From Octopus vulgaris (taxonomy: Eukaryota): a stretch of 64,000 nt of DNA. Under the pieces are notes generated by a model. It was not told the origin of the DNA, made no database searches, and saw nothing but the letters and a program-made list of their open reading frames with translations. Below are positions 1-14,499 of this stretch, piece by piece (within the stretch, counting starts at the first letter, position 1; every line of letters starts with the position of its first letter). The stretch spans positions 13,144,001 through 13,208,000 of the forward strand of contig OX597841.1 of the NCBI GenBank assembly GCA_951406725.2, read 5' to 3'. Position numbers and translations under genes: made by a program.

Positions 1-165
1 AACTTCTGCTGACTCTTTCGCCACAACTTTCTCTCACTCTTTCCTTCTGCATCTTGCAGCTCACCTGCGACGGACCAGCGTGCCGTCCAGGTGGAGAACC
101 TATACGCCAAGAAAACCTGGAAACCGGCCCTTATGAGCCAGGCATGGCTCAAGAAGGAACAAAAA
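1..165 (+). mobile_element. 3' part of a SINE, truncated by the window edge
   Basis: Shares ctctttcgccacaactttctctcactctttc with the 57360-57677 element, then has a V-domain-like cctgcgacggaccagcgtgccgtccagg and an A-rich tail. Confidence 0.6.
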
Positions 166-481
166 AGTATAGAATTTGTGTGTTGGCAGTAATGTTTGTG
201 GATGCATACGGATTGTGATCAAATCTGATATGTAGATACCGACGGTATCAGGGTGTGTATAAGTCTTGAAAAAAATTATAAAAATCGATTCCAGGTGAGA
301 ATGCGATCAATAAAGCTGTGGGAACGTGCATTTGTAAGCGCAAGTACATCAGCTGTTGCAAATAAATCAGTGTTTCTCAAAGGGGAGGCTTATTGGGACA
401 GTGGGACAAGTTGTTTGGAGAAAATTTGGTTTAAATGTTTGCCACTCAGCACCGTCCATTGGACAGGGGGCGTTTTGCTCG

Positions 482-532
<51 letters not shown>

Positions 533-1231
533 TTGTGTGTCTGTGTTTGCCCCCCACCACCACCATCGCTTGACAACTGATGTTGGTGTGTTTACACCCC
601 CATAACTTAGCAGTTCAGCAAAAGAGACCAACAGAAAATAGTACTAGGCTTACAAAGAATAAGTCCGCGGGTCGGTTTGTTCGACTCAAGGCGGTGCTCC
701 AGCATGGCTGCAGTCAAATGACTGGAACAAATAAAAGAATATATATATATATATATATATAGACATATACAAGATGGGCTTCTTTCAGTTTCCAGCTATC
801 TAAGACTTTGGTGATCCTGAGGCTATAGAAGACACTTACCCACGGTGGCACGCACTGGGACTGAACCCAAAGCCATATAGTTGGGAAGCAAGCTTCTTAC
901 ACACTCCACCACGCTCATAGTAACATAACAGTGGAAACCCAATCCTCCACAAATACATTTATATCTAAAATATAAACAAGTGGATCAGGAGTGACCTAGG
1001 GCTAAACAGCACCAACAGCCAGGGCTGTTACACCCTCCCCTGCTGTTTCATCGCAGTGGTGTGGTTTGTGTTGTAGCGCTGGAGTTTGTGTAGTGCTGGT
1101 TGTTGTGTAATGCTTGCGCAGCTTACAGTGTTCACAGCAGGAAGAGATAAGGGAAACCTGAATTTGGTGGGGCTGAACATATAAACATGTTTAGGGTTTC
1201 AGTGTAAACAGGTGGTGGTGAGGGGAATGAG

Positions 1232-1870
1232 TAGGAGGAGGAAGAAGAAGAAGAGGAGGTGGAGGAGAAGAAGAAGAAGAAAAGGAGGAGGAGGAGGAGG
1301 AGAAGATAAAGAAGACGAAGAAGAAGAGGAAGAAGAAGAAAGAAGAAGAAGAAGAAGAAGAAGAAGAAGAAGAAAGGAAGAAGAAGAAGAAAAGAAAAGA
1401 AGAAGAAAAAGAAGAAGGAAGAAGAAGAAAAGAAGAAGGAAGAAGAAGAAGGAAAGAAGAAGGAAGAGGAAGAAGAGGAAGGAAGAAGAAGAAGAAGAAG
1501 AAAAGGAAGAAGAAGGAAGGAAGAAGAAGAAGAAGAAGAAGGAAGAAGAAGAAGAAGAAGAAGAAAAGAAAGAAGAAGAAGAAGAGGAAGAAGAAGAAGA
1601 AGAAAAGAAGAAGAAGGAAGAAGAGAGGAAGAAGGAAGAAGAAGAAAGAGAAGAAGGAAGAAGAAGAAGGAAGAAGAGGAAGAAGGGAAGAAGAAGGAAG
1701 AAGAAGAGGAAGAGAAAGGGGAAGAAAAGGAAGGGAAAGAGGAAGAAGAAGAGGAAGAAGATGAAGAAGAAGATGAAGAGGAAGAAGATGAAGAAGAAGA
1801 AGAAGGTGAAGAAGAAGAAGAAGAAGAAGGTGAAGAAGAAGAAGAAGTAGAAGGTGAAGAGGAAGAACAG
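1232..1870. repeat. ~640-bp nearly pure polypurine (GAA/GAG)n tract
   Basis: Direct reading; it explains ORFs 1132-2070, 1199-2080 and 1212-1850. Confidence 0.95.
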
Positions 1871-1996
1871 GAAATGAAAGGCGGTGGAGGTGGTGGTGTT
1901 GGTCTTGGGAGGGGGTTGATGGTGGTGGTGGTGATGGAGAAAGAGTAGGAAGGACATGAGAAGAAAAAGGAATGAAATGTCGTGGTGGCAGTGGTG

Positions 1997-2036
<40 letters not shown>

Positions 2037-2326
2037 CAGCAGCAGCAGCAGTTCTGAGTTCTGAGTTCAAATTCTGCCAAGGTTTATTTTGCCTTTTATC
2101 CTTTCGGGGTTAAGAAATTAAGTACCAGTAAAATACTGGGGTTGATGTAATCGACTGGTCCCCTCCCCCAAAATTTCGACTCCCATGGCTGTTTGTTGTC
2201 TCCCTTTTCTGCCTTGTAAGGGCTAATAATACCCAAGTTTTCTGCTGTTTTAATAGTGATAATGCATTCGAAATCTCCTTTTCATGTCTGTATCATACCA
2301 AACATAAAGAAATGCTATCAAGTTCT

Positions 2327-2408
2327 GGTAGTGTGGCCGAGCGGTCTAAGGCACTGGTTTAAGGTACCAGTGTCTTTGGAGGCATGGATTCGAATCCCAC
2401 TGCTGCCA
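2327..2408 (+). tRNA. tRNA-Leu(AAG), probably a pseudogene
   Basis: 82 nt GGTAGTGTGGCCGAGCGGTCTAAGGC...TTCGAATCCCACTGCTGCCA. Anticodon stem CTGGT/ACCAG with loop TTAAGGT; long variable arm. The T-stem has two A-C mismatches and no oligo-T terminator follows. Confidence 0.85.
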
Positions 2409-2426
2409 ATCTCAGTATCATTATTA

Positions 2427-2826
2427 TAGGCGTAGGAGTGGCTGTGTGGTAAGTAGCTTACTTACGAACCACATGGTTCCGGGTTCAGTCCCACACCGTG
2501 GCACCTTGGGCAAGTGTCTTCTACTATAGCCTCGGGCCGACCAAAGCCTTGTGAGTCGATTTGGTAGACGGAAACTGAAAGAAGCCCGTTGTATATATGT
2601 ATATATATATATGTGTGTATGTTTGTATGTTGTGTTTGTCCCCCCGCCCAATATCGCTTGACAACCGATGCTGGTGTGTTTATGTCCCCGTAACTTAGCG
2701 GTTCGGCAAAAGAGACCGATAGAATAAGTACTAGGCTTACAAAGAAAAGTCCCGGGGTCGATTTGCTTGACTAAAGGCGGTGCTCCAGCATGGCCACAGT
2801 CACATGACTGAAACAAGTAAAAGAGT
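2427..2826 (+). mobile_element. Full-length tRNA-derived SINE, family A (~400 bp, internal TA/TG microsatellite)
   Basis: A-box-like GTGGCTGTGTGG, B-box-like GGTTCAGTCCC, CORE-like CCTTGGGCAAGT, 3' hairpin and (TAAAAGAG)n tail. Partial copies at ~481-738(+), 772-911(-), 4468-5089(+), 11914-12080(+), 12127-12310(-), 18212-18470(-), 19465-19627(+), 26612-26756(-), 27545-27698(-), 29615-29862(-), 31990-32212(+), 43268-43590(-), 45888-46010(+), 56640-56972(+), 59560-59812(+). Confidence 0.9.
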
Positions 2827-3254
2827 AAGCATTTTGTCCAATATGTAAATGATTCTGCCAGCTCAACACATCTTAAACAAGTTTCTCTAATCTCGTTTCC
2901 AGGAATTTCCTCAGCTGAATCAAACCACTTTTTGTGACCCCCACACATCATCATTCAGAAATCCGGTAGAGCAACACCCTCTTGTCCTGTGTCCATACAC
3001 AGCTGGACAATGAATGCGTCCTTCTGGACAGCTGACCAGTGTATATCAATGCCGAGGGATGGGGCAGCCACAGGAGTGTCTCATTAACGAGTCCTTAATT
3101 AGTTCACTAATGATCTCCCTGCAAAGTACATCTGCCTCCTCCAACTCTCTCATGCTCACCAACTCTCACTCTCTTCTCCCTCTCTCTTTCTCTCCCTGGA
3201 CAAGTTCAGGTGCACTTTTTAGGGTCCACCCAAAACTAGCTGCTACCCTTTAAC

Positions 3255-3668
3255 TTTTATTCTTTTACTTGTTTCAGTCATTAGACGGTGGCCATTCTGG
3301 GGCACCACCTAGAAGAATTGACCCCACTACTTATATTTTTTAATATTAAGCCTGATACTTATTCCATCAGTCTCTTTTGACAAACCGCTAAGTTACAAGG
3401 ACATCAACACACCAACACTTGTTGTCAAGCAGTGGTAGGGAACAAACAAACACACACACACACACACACACACCACATACACATACATACATACACAGAC
3501 ACACATATATAATCTGGGCTTCTTTCAGTTTCCATCTACCAAATCCACTCACAAGGCTTTGGTCGGCACTGAGGCTATAGCAGAAGAATCTCACCCAAGG
3601 TGCCACGCTCTGGGACTGAACCTGGAACCATGAGGTTTGGAATCAACCTTCTTACCACAGCCCTGCCT
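3255..3668 (-). mobile_element. SINE family A, diverged
   Basis: Reverse complement of the 2427-2826 family. Confidence 0.85.
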
Positions 3669-3852
3669 CTCTATACAGGGTGGCCCAAAAGTAGATTTAC
3701 AGTTATTCACCAACCTCTTTCGCATGCAATACACACACACACACACACACAAGCAGCTTAATACACACACATATATACGCACATATATACCCACATCCAC
3801 AGTTTGAGATTGCTGTAGTTTGTGGCTCTGTTTACATGAAGGCTGGCAGTTG

Positions 3853-3894
<42 letters not shown>

Positions 3895-5101
3895 AGGACC
3901 AACCCATTACCGGCAGATCTTGTGATAAAGTTACCTGCTGTTCAGCCATTGTCTGTCTTGTGATTGCAAAGGTGTGAATGCAACAGGAATGACAAGACAG
4001 GTGGTGAATTGTTCTGGAGAGAGGTGGATGGGGCGGGGAGAGATGGGGGAGGGAAGACGGAGAGGGGTGAAGGAGAGAGTGAGTGGTAGAGATAGGGAAA
4101 GGGAAAGAGAGAGAGAGAAGAGAGAAGGTGAGGCAGAGACAGTGTGAAAAAGAGAGACACAGAGACTAACAGATAGATAGATAGACAGATGGAGAGAAAG
4201 ACAGACAGGGTGAGAGAGAGAGAGAGAGAGAGGCAGAGAGACAAAAAGACAGGTAGATGCAGTGAGAGAGAAAGAGAGAGAGAGAGAAAAAAAGAGAGAG
4301 AGAGAGAAAAGAAAGAAAGAGAGAAATAAATTGAGAGAGAGAGAGAGAGAGAGAGTGAGAGAGAGAAGAGAGAAGAAAGGAGAAATAGAGAGAAAAAAGA
4401 CAGACAGGGAGAAGGAGAGAGGCTTCTCCCCGGCATGGGTGCTTTTATGTGGCACCAGCATAAGGCACACTTTGCTTCCCAACCACATGGTTCTGGGTTC
4501 AGTCCTACAGCATGGCACCTTGGCCACATGTCTTCTACTATAGACTTGAGCCAGCCAAAGCTTTGTGACTAGATTTCCTAGATGGAAACTGAAAGAAGCC
4601 CATCGTATATATTTGTATAATGTGACCGCGTGTGTACCGTTGGCAATTTTTTTTCCTTGGTCTTCCCTTCCTTGGATCTTTCCTTCTCCTACGTTTCCGA
4701 CGAAGAGCTCCACTCGAAACATTCAACCCTCCTTCTTCCCTTCCTGCCTGAGAGTCCAATAATACTATATTTGTTCCACGTCCTTGCGTTGTTGTGATTT
4801 CTCTTTGTGTTTTCATGTTTGGATTAACTTGATATATATATATGTATATAAATACGTGTGCGTGTTTCTTTTTGTATCTACATGTTCTCTCCAGCCATTG
4901 CTTGACAACCGATGTTGGTGTGTTTACATCCCTGTAACTTAGAGGCTTGGCAAAAATGACTGACAGAATAAATGCGAAGCTCAAAAAAAAAAAAAAAAAA
5001 ACAGTACTGGGTCGTTTTGCTCCGCTAAAAATTCTTGAAGGCGGTGCTCCAGCATGGCCACAGTCTAATAATTGAAACAAGTAAAAGATAGCTGATAAAA
5101 G

Positions 5102-5132
<31 letters not shown>

Positions 5133-5461
5133 TGTTTTCACTTGTATTTTATATGTATATGTATATGCATAGCAGGGTGTGTCTCTTAAGATCTCTCTTT
5201 ACAGTCAGGTGATACTAGCAATGCCATCCCCACCGTCACTCTAACAACCATCATCATCATCATCGTCGTTGTTGTCATCCTCCTCACTGCCATCATCAGC
5301 ATCCTCAGTATCGTGATCGTCATCATCATCACCACTTCACAGCCATCATCATCATCATTACCATTACTACTATCTTCATCAACACCACCACCACTGCCAC
5401 CACCATGTCCGCCACAACCACAACCCACCACCACCGGTACCACAATCATATCTACAAAAGT

Positions 5462-5849
5462 TAGTAGCTTGCTAACCAGCCACATGGTTCCGGGTTCAGT
5501 CCCACTGCGTGGCATCTTGGGCAAATGTCTTCTACTATAGCCCCGGGCCGACCAAAGCCTTGTGAGTGGATTTGGTAGACGGAAACTGAAAGAAGCCTGT
5601 CGTATATATGTATATAGATATGTATGTGTGTGTGTTTGTGTGTCTGTGTTTGTCCCCCTAGCATTGCTTGATAACCGATGCTGGTGTGTTTATGTCCCCG
5701 TCACTTAGCGGTTCGGCAAAAGAGACCGATAGAATAAGTACTGGGCTTACAAAGAATAAGTCCCGGGGTCGAGTTGCTCGACTAAAGGCGGTGCTCCAGC
5801 CTGGCCGCAGTCAAATGACTGAAACAAGTAAAAGAGTAAAAAGAGTAAA
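5462..5849 (+). mobile_element. SINE family A, slightly 5'-truncated
   Basis: High similarity to the other copies. Confidence 0.9.
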
Positions 5850-6511
5850 GCCAAAAGCATTTGGAAAGGCATCCAATTGTAAAACCTGGTCAAAAATGAC
5901 CCCCACCTGTGCTTGTGCCAAGTAAAAAGCACTAAGCCCACTCTGGAGGGTGCTTGGTGTTAGGAAGGGCATCCAGTTGTAAAAATCTTACCAAAACTGT
6001 CACAGAAATCCTGTGCAGGCTCCTGCTTGGCCGGTTCCAGTCAAACTGTTCCACCCATGCCAGCATGGAAGGCAGATGTTAAACAATGATGCTGACGGTG
6101 AGGATAAAAGAGAATGCAAAAGAAATATGTAAACTGGTTTTATTAATTGATGTCTTCTTTTGGCCACTATTCGTAATTGACCCTGTTGGCTTGTGGGTCC
6201 CAGGATGCCAGCAGGAATTTCACCATTTGTTAAAGCTGAAAACCTTCACAAACTGTTATGCAGAGTTTCTGGTGACTATTTGTCAGACAGATGCAACCAC
6301 AACTGTCCAACAAATGGTCATGTGAAACTCCTGTGTAACATCTTGCCAAAATATAATTCAACTTTAATAATATGGTATACTGCTCTGCCTTTGGTATTTG
6401 AGTACTATTTTTACACCTTGTTTTGCATCAAAGTGCTTACTTGTATTTATATATATGCACACATGCAACCACACACACACACACACATACATGTGTAGGT
6501 ATATATATTAT

Positions 6512-6880
6512 TTTATTCTTTTACCTGTTTCAGTCATTTGACTGTGGCCATGCTGGAGCACTGCCTTCAGTCAAACAAATCAACCCCAGGACTTATTCTT
6601 TGGAAGCCTAGTACTTATTCTATTGGTCTCTTTGACAAACCGCTAAGTGACAGGGATGTCAACACACCAGCATTGGTTGTCAAGTAATGGTGACGGGACA
6701 GACACAAATAATAAATACATACATATATATATATATACTATGGGCTTCTTACAGTTTCCATCCACCAAATCCACTCACAAGGCTATAGTGGAAGACACTT
6801 GCCCAAGGTACCATGCAGTGGGACAGAACCCAGAACCATGTGGTTGGGAATCCAGCTTCTTACTACACAGCCACACCTGT
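6512..6880 (-). mobile_element. SINE family A, diverged
   Basis: Reverse-complement homology to family A. Confidence 0.85.
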
Positions 6881-7076
6881 ACCTATATGTATAATATATA
6901 TGAGGATACAGACAAGAGAATGAATAAGAATGGCAGTGGGTGTATATAAGTTTAGTATTATATGCCTGGAATGTTGAATTATATAACAAAAGTGCACAGA
7001 ATTTGGTTCTGGTGAGTGGAGGCAGATGGCAAAGCTTGACATACAAATACATATAAAGACATATGTATGTATATAT

Positions 7077-7135
<59 letters not shown>

Positions 7136-7229
7136 CGTAGATATACATACATATTAACATGTACATATGCACACATGTCCACATACATACACACCCATTT
7201 TACATAAAAACAGCGCAAACACATTCATA

Positions 7230-7264
<35 letters not shown>

Positions 7265-7336
7265 CAAATATATATACATATGTATATATATAAACATATG
7301 TATACACACATACACACACATATGCATATATATTAG

Positions 7337-7371
<35 letters not shown>

Positions 7372-7759
7372 GGAGAGAGAGAGTCTGTCTGGGAACACAT
7401 TCTACGATCTAATTAAAACACAATAAACACCTATTTCTCTGGTTACAAAACATGAATAGCTACACACCCCCCCCCAACATATATGTGTATATATATATAC
7501 ACACAAATATGTATGTCGCTGTGTGTATATGCATGCATACACATCATCGATCATGATTACTAATTACCATCATCATCATCATCAACATCATCATCGTTGT
7601 CGTCGTCACCATCATCATCATCATCATTAACATTGTTATCAAAATCATCATCTTCATTGTCATGGGCTGTGGTCTCACTTTAGTTGCCGGGTCTTCTCAA
7701 TCACAGCATATCTCCAAAGGTCTCGGTCTCCTGTCATTGCCTCCGTGAGGCCCAACGTT

Positions 7760-8578
7760 CAAAGAGAGACAACTGTGCTGGTATGGCCATGTGGTGAGAA
7801 TGGATGTGGATAGCTGTGTGAAAAAGTGCCACACCCTAGCGGTTGCGGGGAACCTGTGGGAGAGTTAGACCCAGGAAGACCTGAGATGAGGTAGTGAAGC
7901 ATGCCCTTTGAACATTGGGCCTCACCGAGGATATGACTAGTGACTGGACCTTTGGAAATATGCTGTGCTTGAGAAGACCTGGCAAGCAAATTGAGACCAT
8001 AACCTCGTGGCCTATGCCAGGGGTGTAACCAGCCCACTTATGCATACCTTTCCTTCAGTGGACACTAAATTCTGCGAAGATCTGTTGAGGCAAGTGAAAT
8101 CGAAATCAAATTCGATGACTGGCATCCATGCTAGTGCAGGGCTAAGAATACCATCCGAGCATGATCGTTGCCAGAGCAACAAGCTGGCCTCCATGCTGAT
8201 GGCATGTAGAAAAGCACCATTCGAGCATGATCGTTACCTGCGTCACCTTACTGGCACTTCTGCTGGTGGCATGCGAAAAATATTTGAGGGAGGTCGCTGC
8301 CAGTGACGCTGGACTGGCTCCTGTGCAGATGTGCACATAAAAAGCACCATTGAGTATGGCCCCTGCCAGTACTGCCTGAATGGCCCTCGTGCCGGTGGCA
8401 CGTAAAAGCACCCAATACACTCTCAGAGTGGTTGGCGTTAGGAAGGGCATCCAGCTGTAGAAACTCTGCCAGATCAAGATTGGAGCCTGGTGCAGCCATC
8501 TGGTTCGCCAGTCCTCTGTCAAAATCGTCCAACCCATGCTAGCATGGAAAGCGGACGTTAAACTATGATGATGATGAT
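7760..8578 (+). mobile_element. RTE-clade LINE 3' end: decayed ORF C-terminus, long modular 3'UTR, (GAT)n tail
   Basis: Translates RQLCWYGHVVRMD...GRVRPRKT* (RTE RLRWxGHVxRM...GRPRKTW motif). The UTR contains GGTTGGCGTTAGGAAGGGCATCCAGCTGTAGAAAC and ends GGACGTTAAAC-(GAT)n. Confidence 0.85.
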
Positions 8579-9288
8579 ATTGGGAGATAGATAGATATAT
8601 AGATAGACAGACAGACAGATAGATAGATAGATAGACAGATAGACAAATAGTCAGAGAGACACACAAGTAAACAGATACAGAGATATAGACAGACAGACAG
8701 ACAGACAGACAGATAGATATATGGGTAAAGACAAAGAAAAAGAGTGAAAGAGACTGAAAGAATAAACCAAGGAAGAGAGAAAAAGAGAGAGAGAGAGAGT
8801 AATGAGGCTGGAGGAACGACATGGTGAAAGTAAGAGGTGGGAGACGAAACTGAGAGGCGAGGTGCAGTGTGAGGTAGGACGAAAGAGGTGGCAGGAGCAG
8901 GTGGTGCGTTGGTGGGGTGGAGGGCAGCGAAAAAAGGTGCAGTGTGAGGTGGGACTAAGAAGCAAATGGGGTGTGGGGTGAGGCAATGGAAGATGGAAGG
9001 GTGGAGAGGAAGAGGAGGAGAGGAGGAGAGGAATCTTCAAAGAAAGTAATTCATAAACAAGAGGCATTTCTTTATAAAACGTATATATATATATATATAT
9101 ATACACAAAGGTGGTGCTCCAGCATGGTCGAAGGCACATGACTGAAACAAGTAATAGAGTAAAAGAATAGACAATAAAACAAAAATATATTATAAGCAAA
9201 AATTAAACCTCTAGGGTATTATTTTTGCTATTTATGTGTGTGTGTGTGTGTATATATATGTACACACACATACACATATAAATGCACA

Positions 9289-9324
<36 letters not shown>

Positions 9325-9427
9325 CATATATATATATACATATATACATACATACATATATATACATACATACATACATATATTTATACATACATACATA
9401 TATATACATACATACATACATATATTT

Positions 9428-9472
<45 letters not shown>

Positions 9473-9630
9473 TCTATGTATGTATTTATATATAGATGTG
9501 TCTAAGCATTAATGTTTATGTGTGTGAGTATATATATATGCATGTATGTATATGTTTGTATGTGTGTATATATACATATATATATATATATGAATATGTA
9601 TGTATGCATGGATGCATTTATAAATGTGCG

Positions 9631-9668
<38 letters not shown>

Positions 9669-9669
9669 C

Positions 9670-9719
<50 letters not shown>

Positions 9720-9728
9720 GTATGTATA

Positions 9729-9775
<47 letters not shown>

Positions 9776-10386
9776 CATATATATATCTATGTATGTATAT
9801 GTGTGTGTATGAAGATATACAGATAGACAGGTAGATAGATGCGTTGTTGTGAGTGGGTGTGGGTGGAGAAGAACTAAGTTTTCAAGTTAAGGTTTTTTTG
9901 GAAGCTGTTCAAATTAGTTTGAATGAGTGAACAGTGAGGTGGGAGGGGTGGAAGGAGCGAGAGAGGGGGGAGACAGGCAGAGGAAAAGAGAGAGGGGAGA
10001 GAGAGATAGAAGAAAGAGAGAGAGAAAGAGGGGATGTGAAGTAGAAGAAAAGGAACGAAAGTTGTTGGAAGAAGACAGGTAGAGAGAGAGGGAGGGAGAG
10101 GGAGTAGAGACTGGAGATTGCTAGATAGATGGATAGATAGATAGACAGAAAGATATAGATAGATTGCTAGATGGATGGATGGACAGATGGACGGTGGGAC
10201 AGACAGATGGGCAGATGGACTGACAGACAAATAGACAGACAGACAGACAGATAGATAGATAGACAGATAGATGATGGATAGATAGATAGAGATAGATAAA
10301 TAGATAGACAGATGGACGGTGGGACAGACAGACAGATGGGCAGATGGACAGATGGACTGACAGACAGACAGACAGATAGATAGATG

Positions 10387-10470
<84 letters not shown>

Positions 10471-11605
10471 TGTTTCTTTATTTGCCACACAGAGCTGCAC
10501 ACAGACAGGACAAAATTACAAGGTAGAGCTTTTCTTTTGGGGGTAAAAGAAGGGGGTTTGGTTTTCGATCAAAAGGGATCGTAAATGGAAAGAAACAGGA
10601 CAGATAGATAGATAGACAGAAAGATATAGATAGATAGATAATTAGATAGATAGATAATTAGATAGATAAAGAGAGAGAAAGATGGAGAGGAAGTGAAGGT
10701 TGGTAGTCTAGAGAATGGAGAGAATGGAGAGAATAAGGAATGGTAACAAGTAGCATTAAAAACCAACATTGGAAAGACAAAGAGAAAGAAAGGAAGATTA
10801 AAAGAAAGAGAGAAAGAAGGAGACCCAGAGAGAATGATGTGTTTAGCAAGAGTGAAAAGAACACAAAAAAAGAAATGAAAATTTATTCAATTCTTCATTG
10901 GAACCAAATGGAAGGCGCTTCAATGTGGTTGTGAGACGCGCTAGAAATAGCAGCCAAATGTCCCTTGAATTACATTCCACCGTTTTTAAAGAAAAGATGC
11001 AAAAGATTTATTTTAAACAATTGCAAAAAAAAAAAAATTCAAAAAAAAATAGAAGAAAAAATTTCAACAAAAAAATTAGATAAGAAGTGTTGGCCACATC
11101 TGGAACACATTTGATAATGGGTTTACAGGATGAGTTTTGACCCGAGGCTACAACAACACCAACTACTTGTTAAGTTTCCAGTGTTTTTTTTAAATATTTT
11201 TATTTTTTTTACACATATATGTATTTATTTATTTGCTGACATCATCAACCACCCCTTCGTCCACCATGGTTATCTACGAGAGTATAATTACGGGTACCGG
11301 GTAGGGATTGGGGGGGGTGACGGGGGAGGAATATTACAGATTTTTACACACGCAAATGCCATCCCACCCCCGGTTGCAAGCAAAAAAAAATACATTAAAT
11401 GAGTTAATATTTTGCCCCGCCCCCACTTGGTGCTATTTACATCCATGATGGTTGGGGTGGTGGTGGTGGGGTTTGAGGGAGGTTGGAAAGAAGATGCAGA
11501 GAAAATAAGAAAAACAAAAGGAAAACTAAACAGAAAGTCAACAAAAAAGAAAAGAAGCAGTGAAAATCTGAAAGAAAACAAGCGTGTAACACAATCACAA
11601 CAAAC

Positions 11606-11917
<312 letters not shown>

Positions 11918-12090
11918 GCAGGTGTGGGTGTGTGGTAAGAAGCCTGCTTCCCAACCACACTGGTTCTGGGTTCAGTCCCACTGCATGGCACCTTGGGCAA
12001 GTGTCTTCTGCTATAGCCCTGGGCCGACCAATGCCTTGTGAGTGGATTTGGCAGGCAGAAACTGAACGAAGCCTGACGTATGTGTGTGTG

Positions 12091-12126
<36 letters not shown>

Positions 12127-12642
12127 TTCTTTTACTTGTTTCAGTCATTAGGTTGCGGCCAAGCTGGAGCAGCACCTTGAAGAATTTGAGGTGAATGAAT
12201 CGACACAAGGACTTACTTTTTTTAAGCCAGGTACCTATTCTATTAGTCTCTTTTGCCAAATGGCTAAGTTACAAGGACATAAACACACCTACATCGGTTG
12301 CCAAGTGGTGGTGGTGGGGTGGGGGCAAAGGTTTGGGTGGCCTGCTTCAGTTGCCATGTCATTAAGGTAGATCCAGCCACCTCCATTAATGGGGACAATA
12401 CCCGGATTTAAAGCACTGAAGGATGATGATATACACTCTACGCATACATTTACACGCAACAGAAGGATGTACAGTGTAAACACTATTTGTATCATAATAT
12501 TACAAGTATTGAGTTATGGCGGCACCTGATGGATTGTCTTCCGATGGAATTTCATGAAGCATTGTATTTATTTAACCATTCCTGCTAATATAAACAACTC
12601 CAAGCATCTACATACACACCTGTATGTATATATGTATGTATG

Positions 12643-12718
<76 letters not shown>

Positions 12719-12719
12719 A

Positions 12720-12754
<35 letters not shown>

Positions 12755-13497
12755 CACACACACATATGTGTATGCATTCAAGTACATAATATATACATAC
12801 TTAACGGCATATGAATAACTCGAAAAGGGTAAATGTATATTGTGTATATATACATATATACAATATACAAACACACATACATGCATGTAAACAACTATCA
12901 AATACTACATATACACACATTTATATATATGTGTATATATTTATGTATATATCTATATATATAGCACGGAAAGCGGATATTAAACGATGATGATGATGAT
13001 GATGATGATATATATATATATATATATATATATAAACACACACACACATACATATACACATGTTTATAAAAATATGTGTATACATATATATATACTCACA
13101 CACATATACATGTACAGTACATATATGTAATGTATATAAAGAGAAATAGATGAATAGATGTATAGATAGATAGAGATATAATATATACACATATATACAA
13201 ACACCCCCACACACATTCAGGTTTATAAAGAAGACAAAAATAGAAAAAGGTAACCTCATAAAACCCCTGTTACTTCATTATAACTTTTAGTTATGTCACA
13301 GCGAAAAATATTTTTATGAGTTTTTCTTTCCCCACCTTCGTCTCACCTGAATGAATTTACGATACGATTCGGAAGACTGAAGACAGGTGTGTGTAGACAT
13401 AAAGATTACAACAAACCAAAAATATATAAAAAAAAAAAGGTAAATGTATAAATATATATATATACAGCATATTTATTTGCATCATCATATCTGTATG

Positions 13498-13570
<73 letters not shown>

Positions 13571-14031
13571 GCATGTATATACAATTATGTAATTTTTATA
13601 TGTATATATATGTATGTATGTATGTATATATTGAGTGAGAGAGTACATTAGTACATTAACATCGTATATACACACACCTGTTTAGTTTATCTGATAATGA
13701 TAAACGGATTTCAGCCTGATTCTTCAATAAACGAGAATATTTCTTGTGTTTGCCAACTTTTTTATACAGTTTTACAGCTTCATCTATCTATGAATGTATT
13801 TATTTATCTATTTATCTATCTATCTATCTGTGTGTGTGTGTGTGTGTGTCACTATCACTATTTAGTTATCTATCTAACCATCCATTCATATATCTAGCTG
13901 TCTACCTAACTTTCTGTCCATCTATCTATCTGTCTGTCTGTCTGTCTATCTATCTGTCTGTCTGTCTACCTAACTTTCTGTCTGTCTCTCTCTATATCTC
14001 TCTATCTATCTCTCTCTATATATATCTATCC

Positions 14032-14065
<34 letters not shown>

Positions 14066-14499
14066 ATGTCTGTCTGTCTGTCTAACTGTCTGTCTATCTG
14101 TCTGTCAGTCTGTCTATCTGTTTGTCTATATGTCTGTCTGTCAGTCTGTCTATCTGTCTGTCTGTCTGTCTATCTATCTGTCTGTCTGTCTGTCTGTCTA
14201 TCTGTCTATCAGTCTGTCTATCTGTCTGTCTGTCTATCAGTCTGTCTATCTGTCTGTCTGTCTATCTGTCTATCAGTCTGTCTATCTGTCTGTCTGTCTA
14301 TCGATCTCTCTGACCATCTATTCAGCTGTCCATCCATCCATCCAATCCATCCCTCCCTCCCCCCACCCATCCGTACAACAATCTCCCTGTATGTCTCTTT
14401 TCCATACCCACAGAGACAACAGAAAGATGTGATACACACAAACACACACAAACACACACATACTCTCACACACCCTCATACAAATACTCTCTCTATCCC

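Noticed and set aside
1132-2080. Long ORFs of 212-312 aa (poly-S/F/L, poly-E/K/R)
   Set aside because: Translations of a (GAA)n tract with no splice or codon evidence.
2424-2954. Recurrent ORFs containing [22 protein letters not shown] / [12 protein letters not shown]
   Set aside because: Translations of SINE family A, not a gene family.
3673-3706. tacagggtggcccaaaagtagatttacagtt, Tc1/mariner TIR-like
   Set aside because: Solitary, with no partner TIR or transposase nearby.
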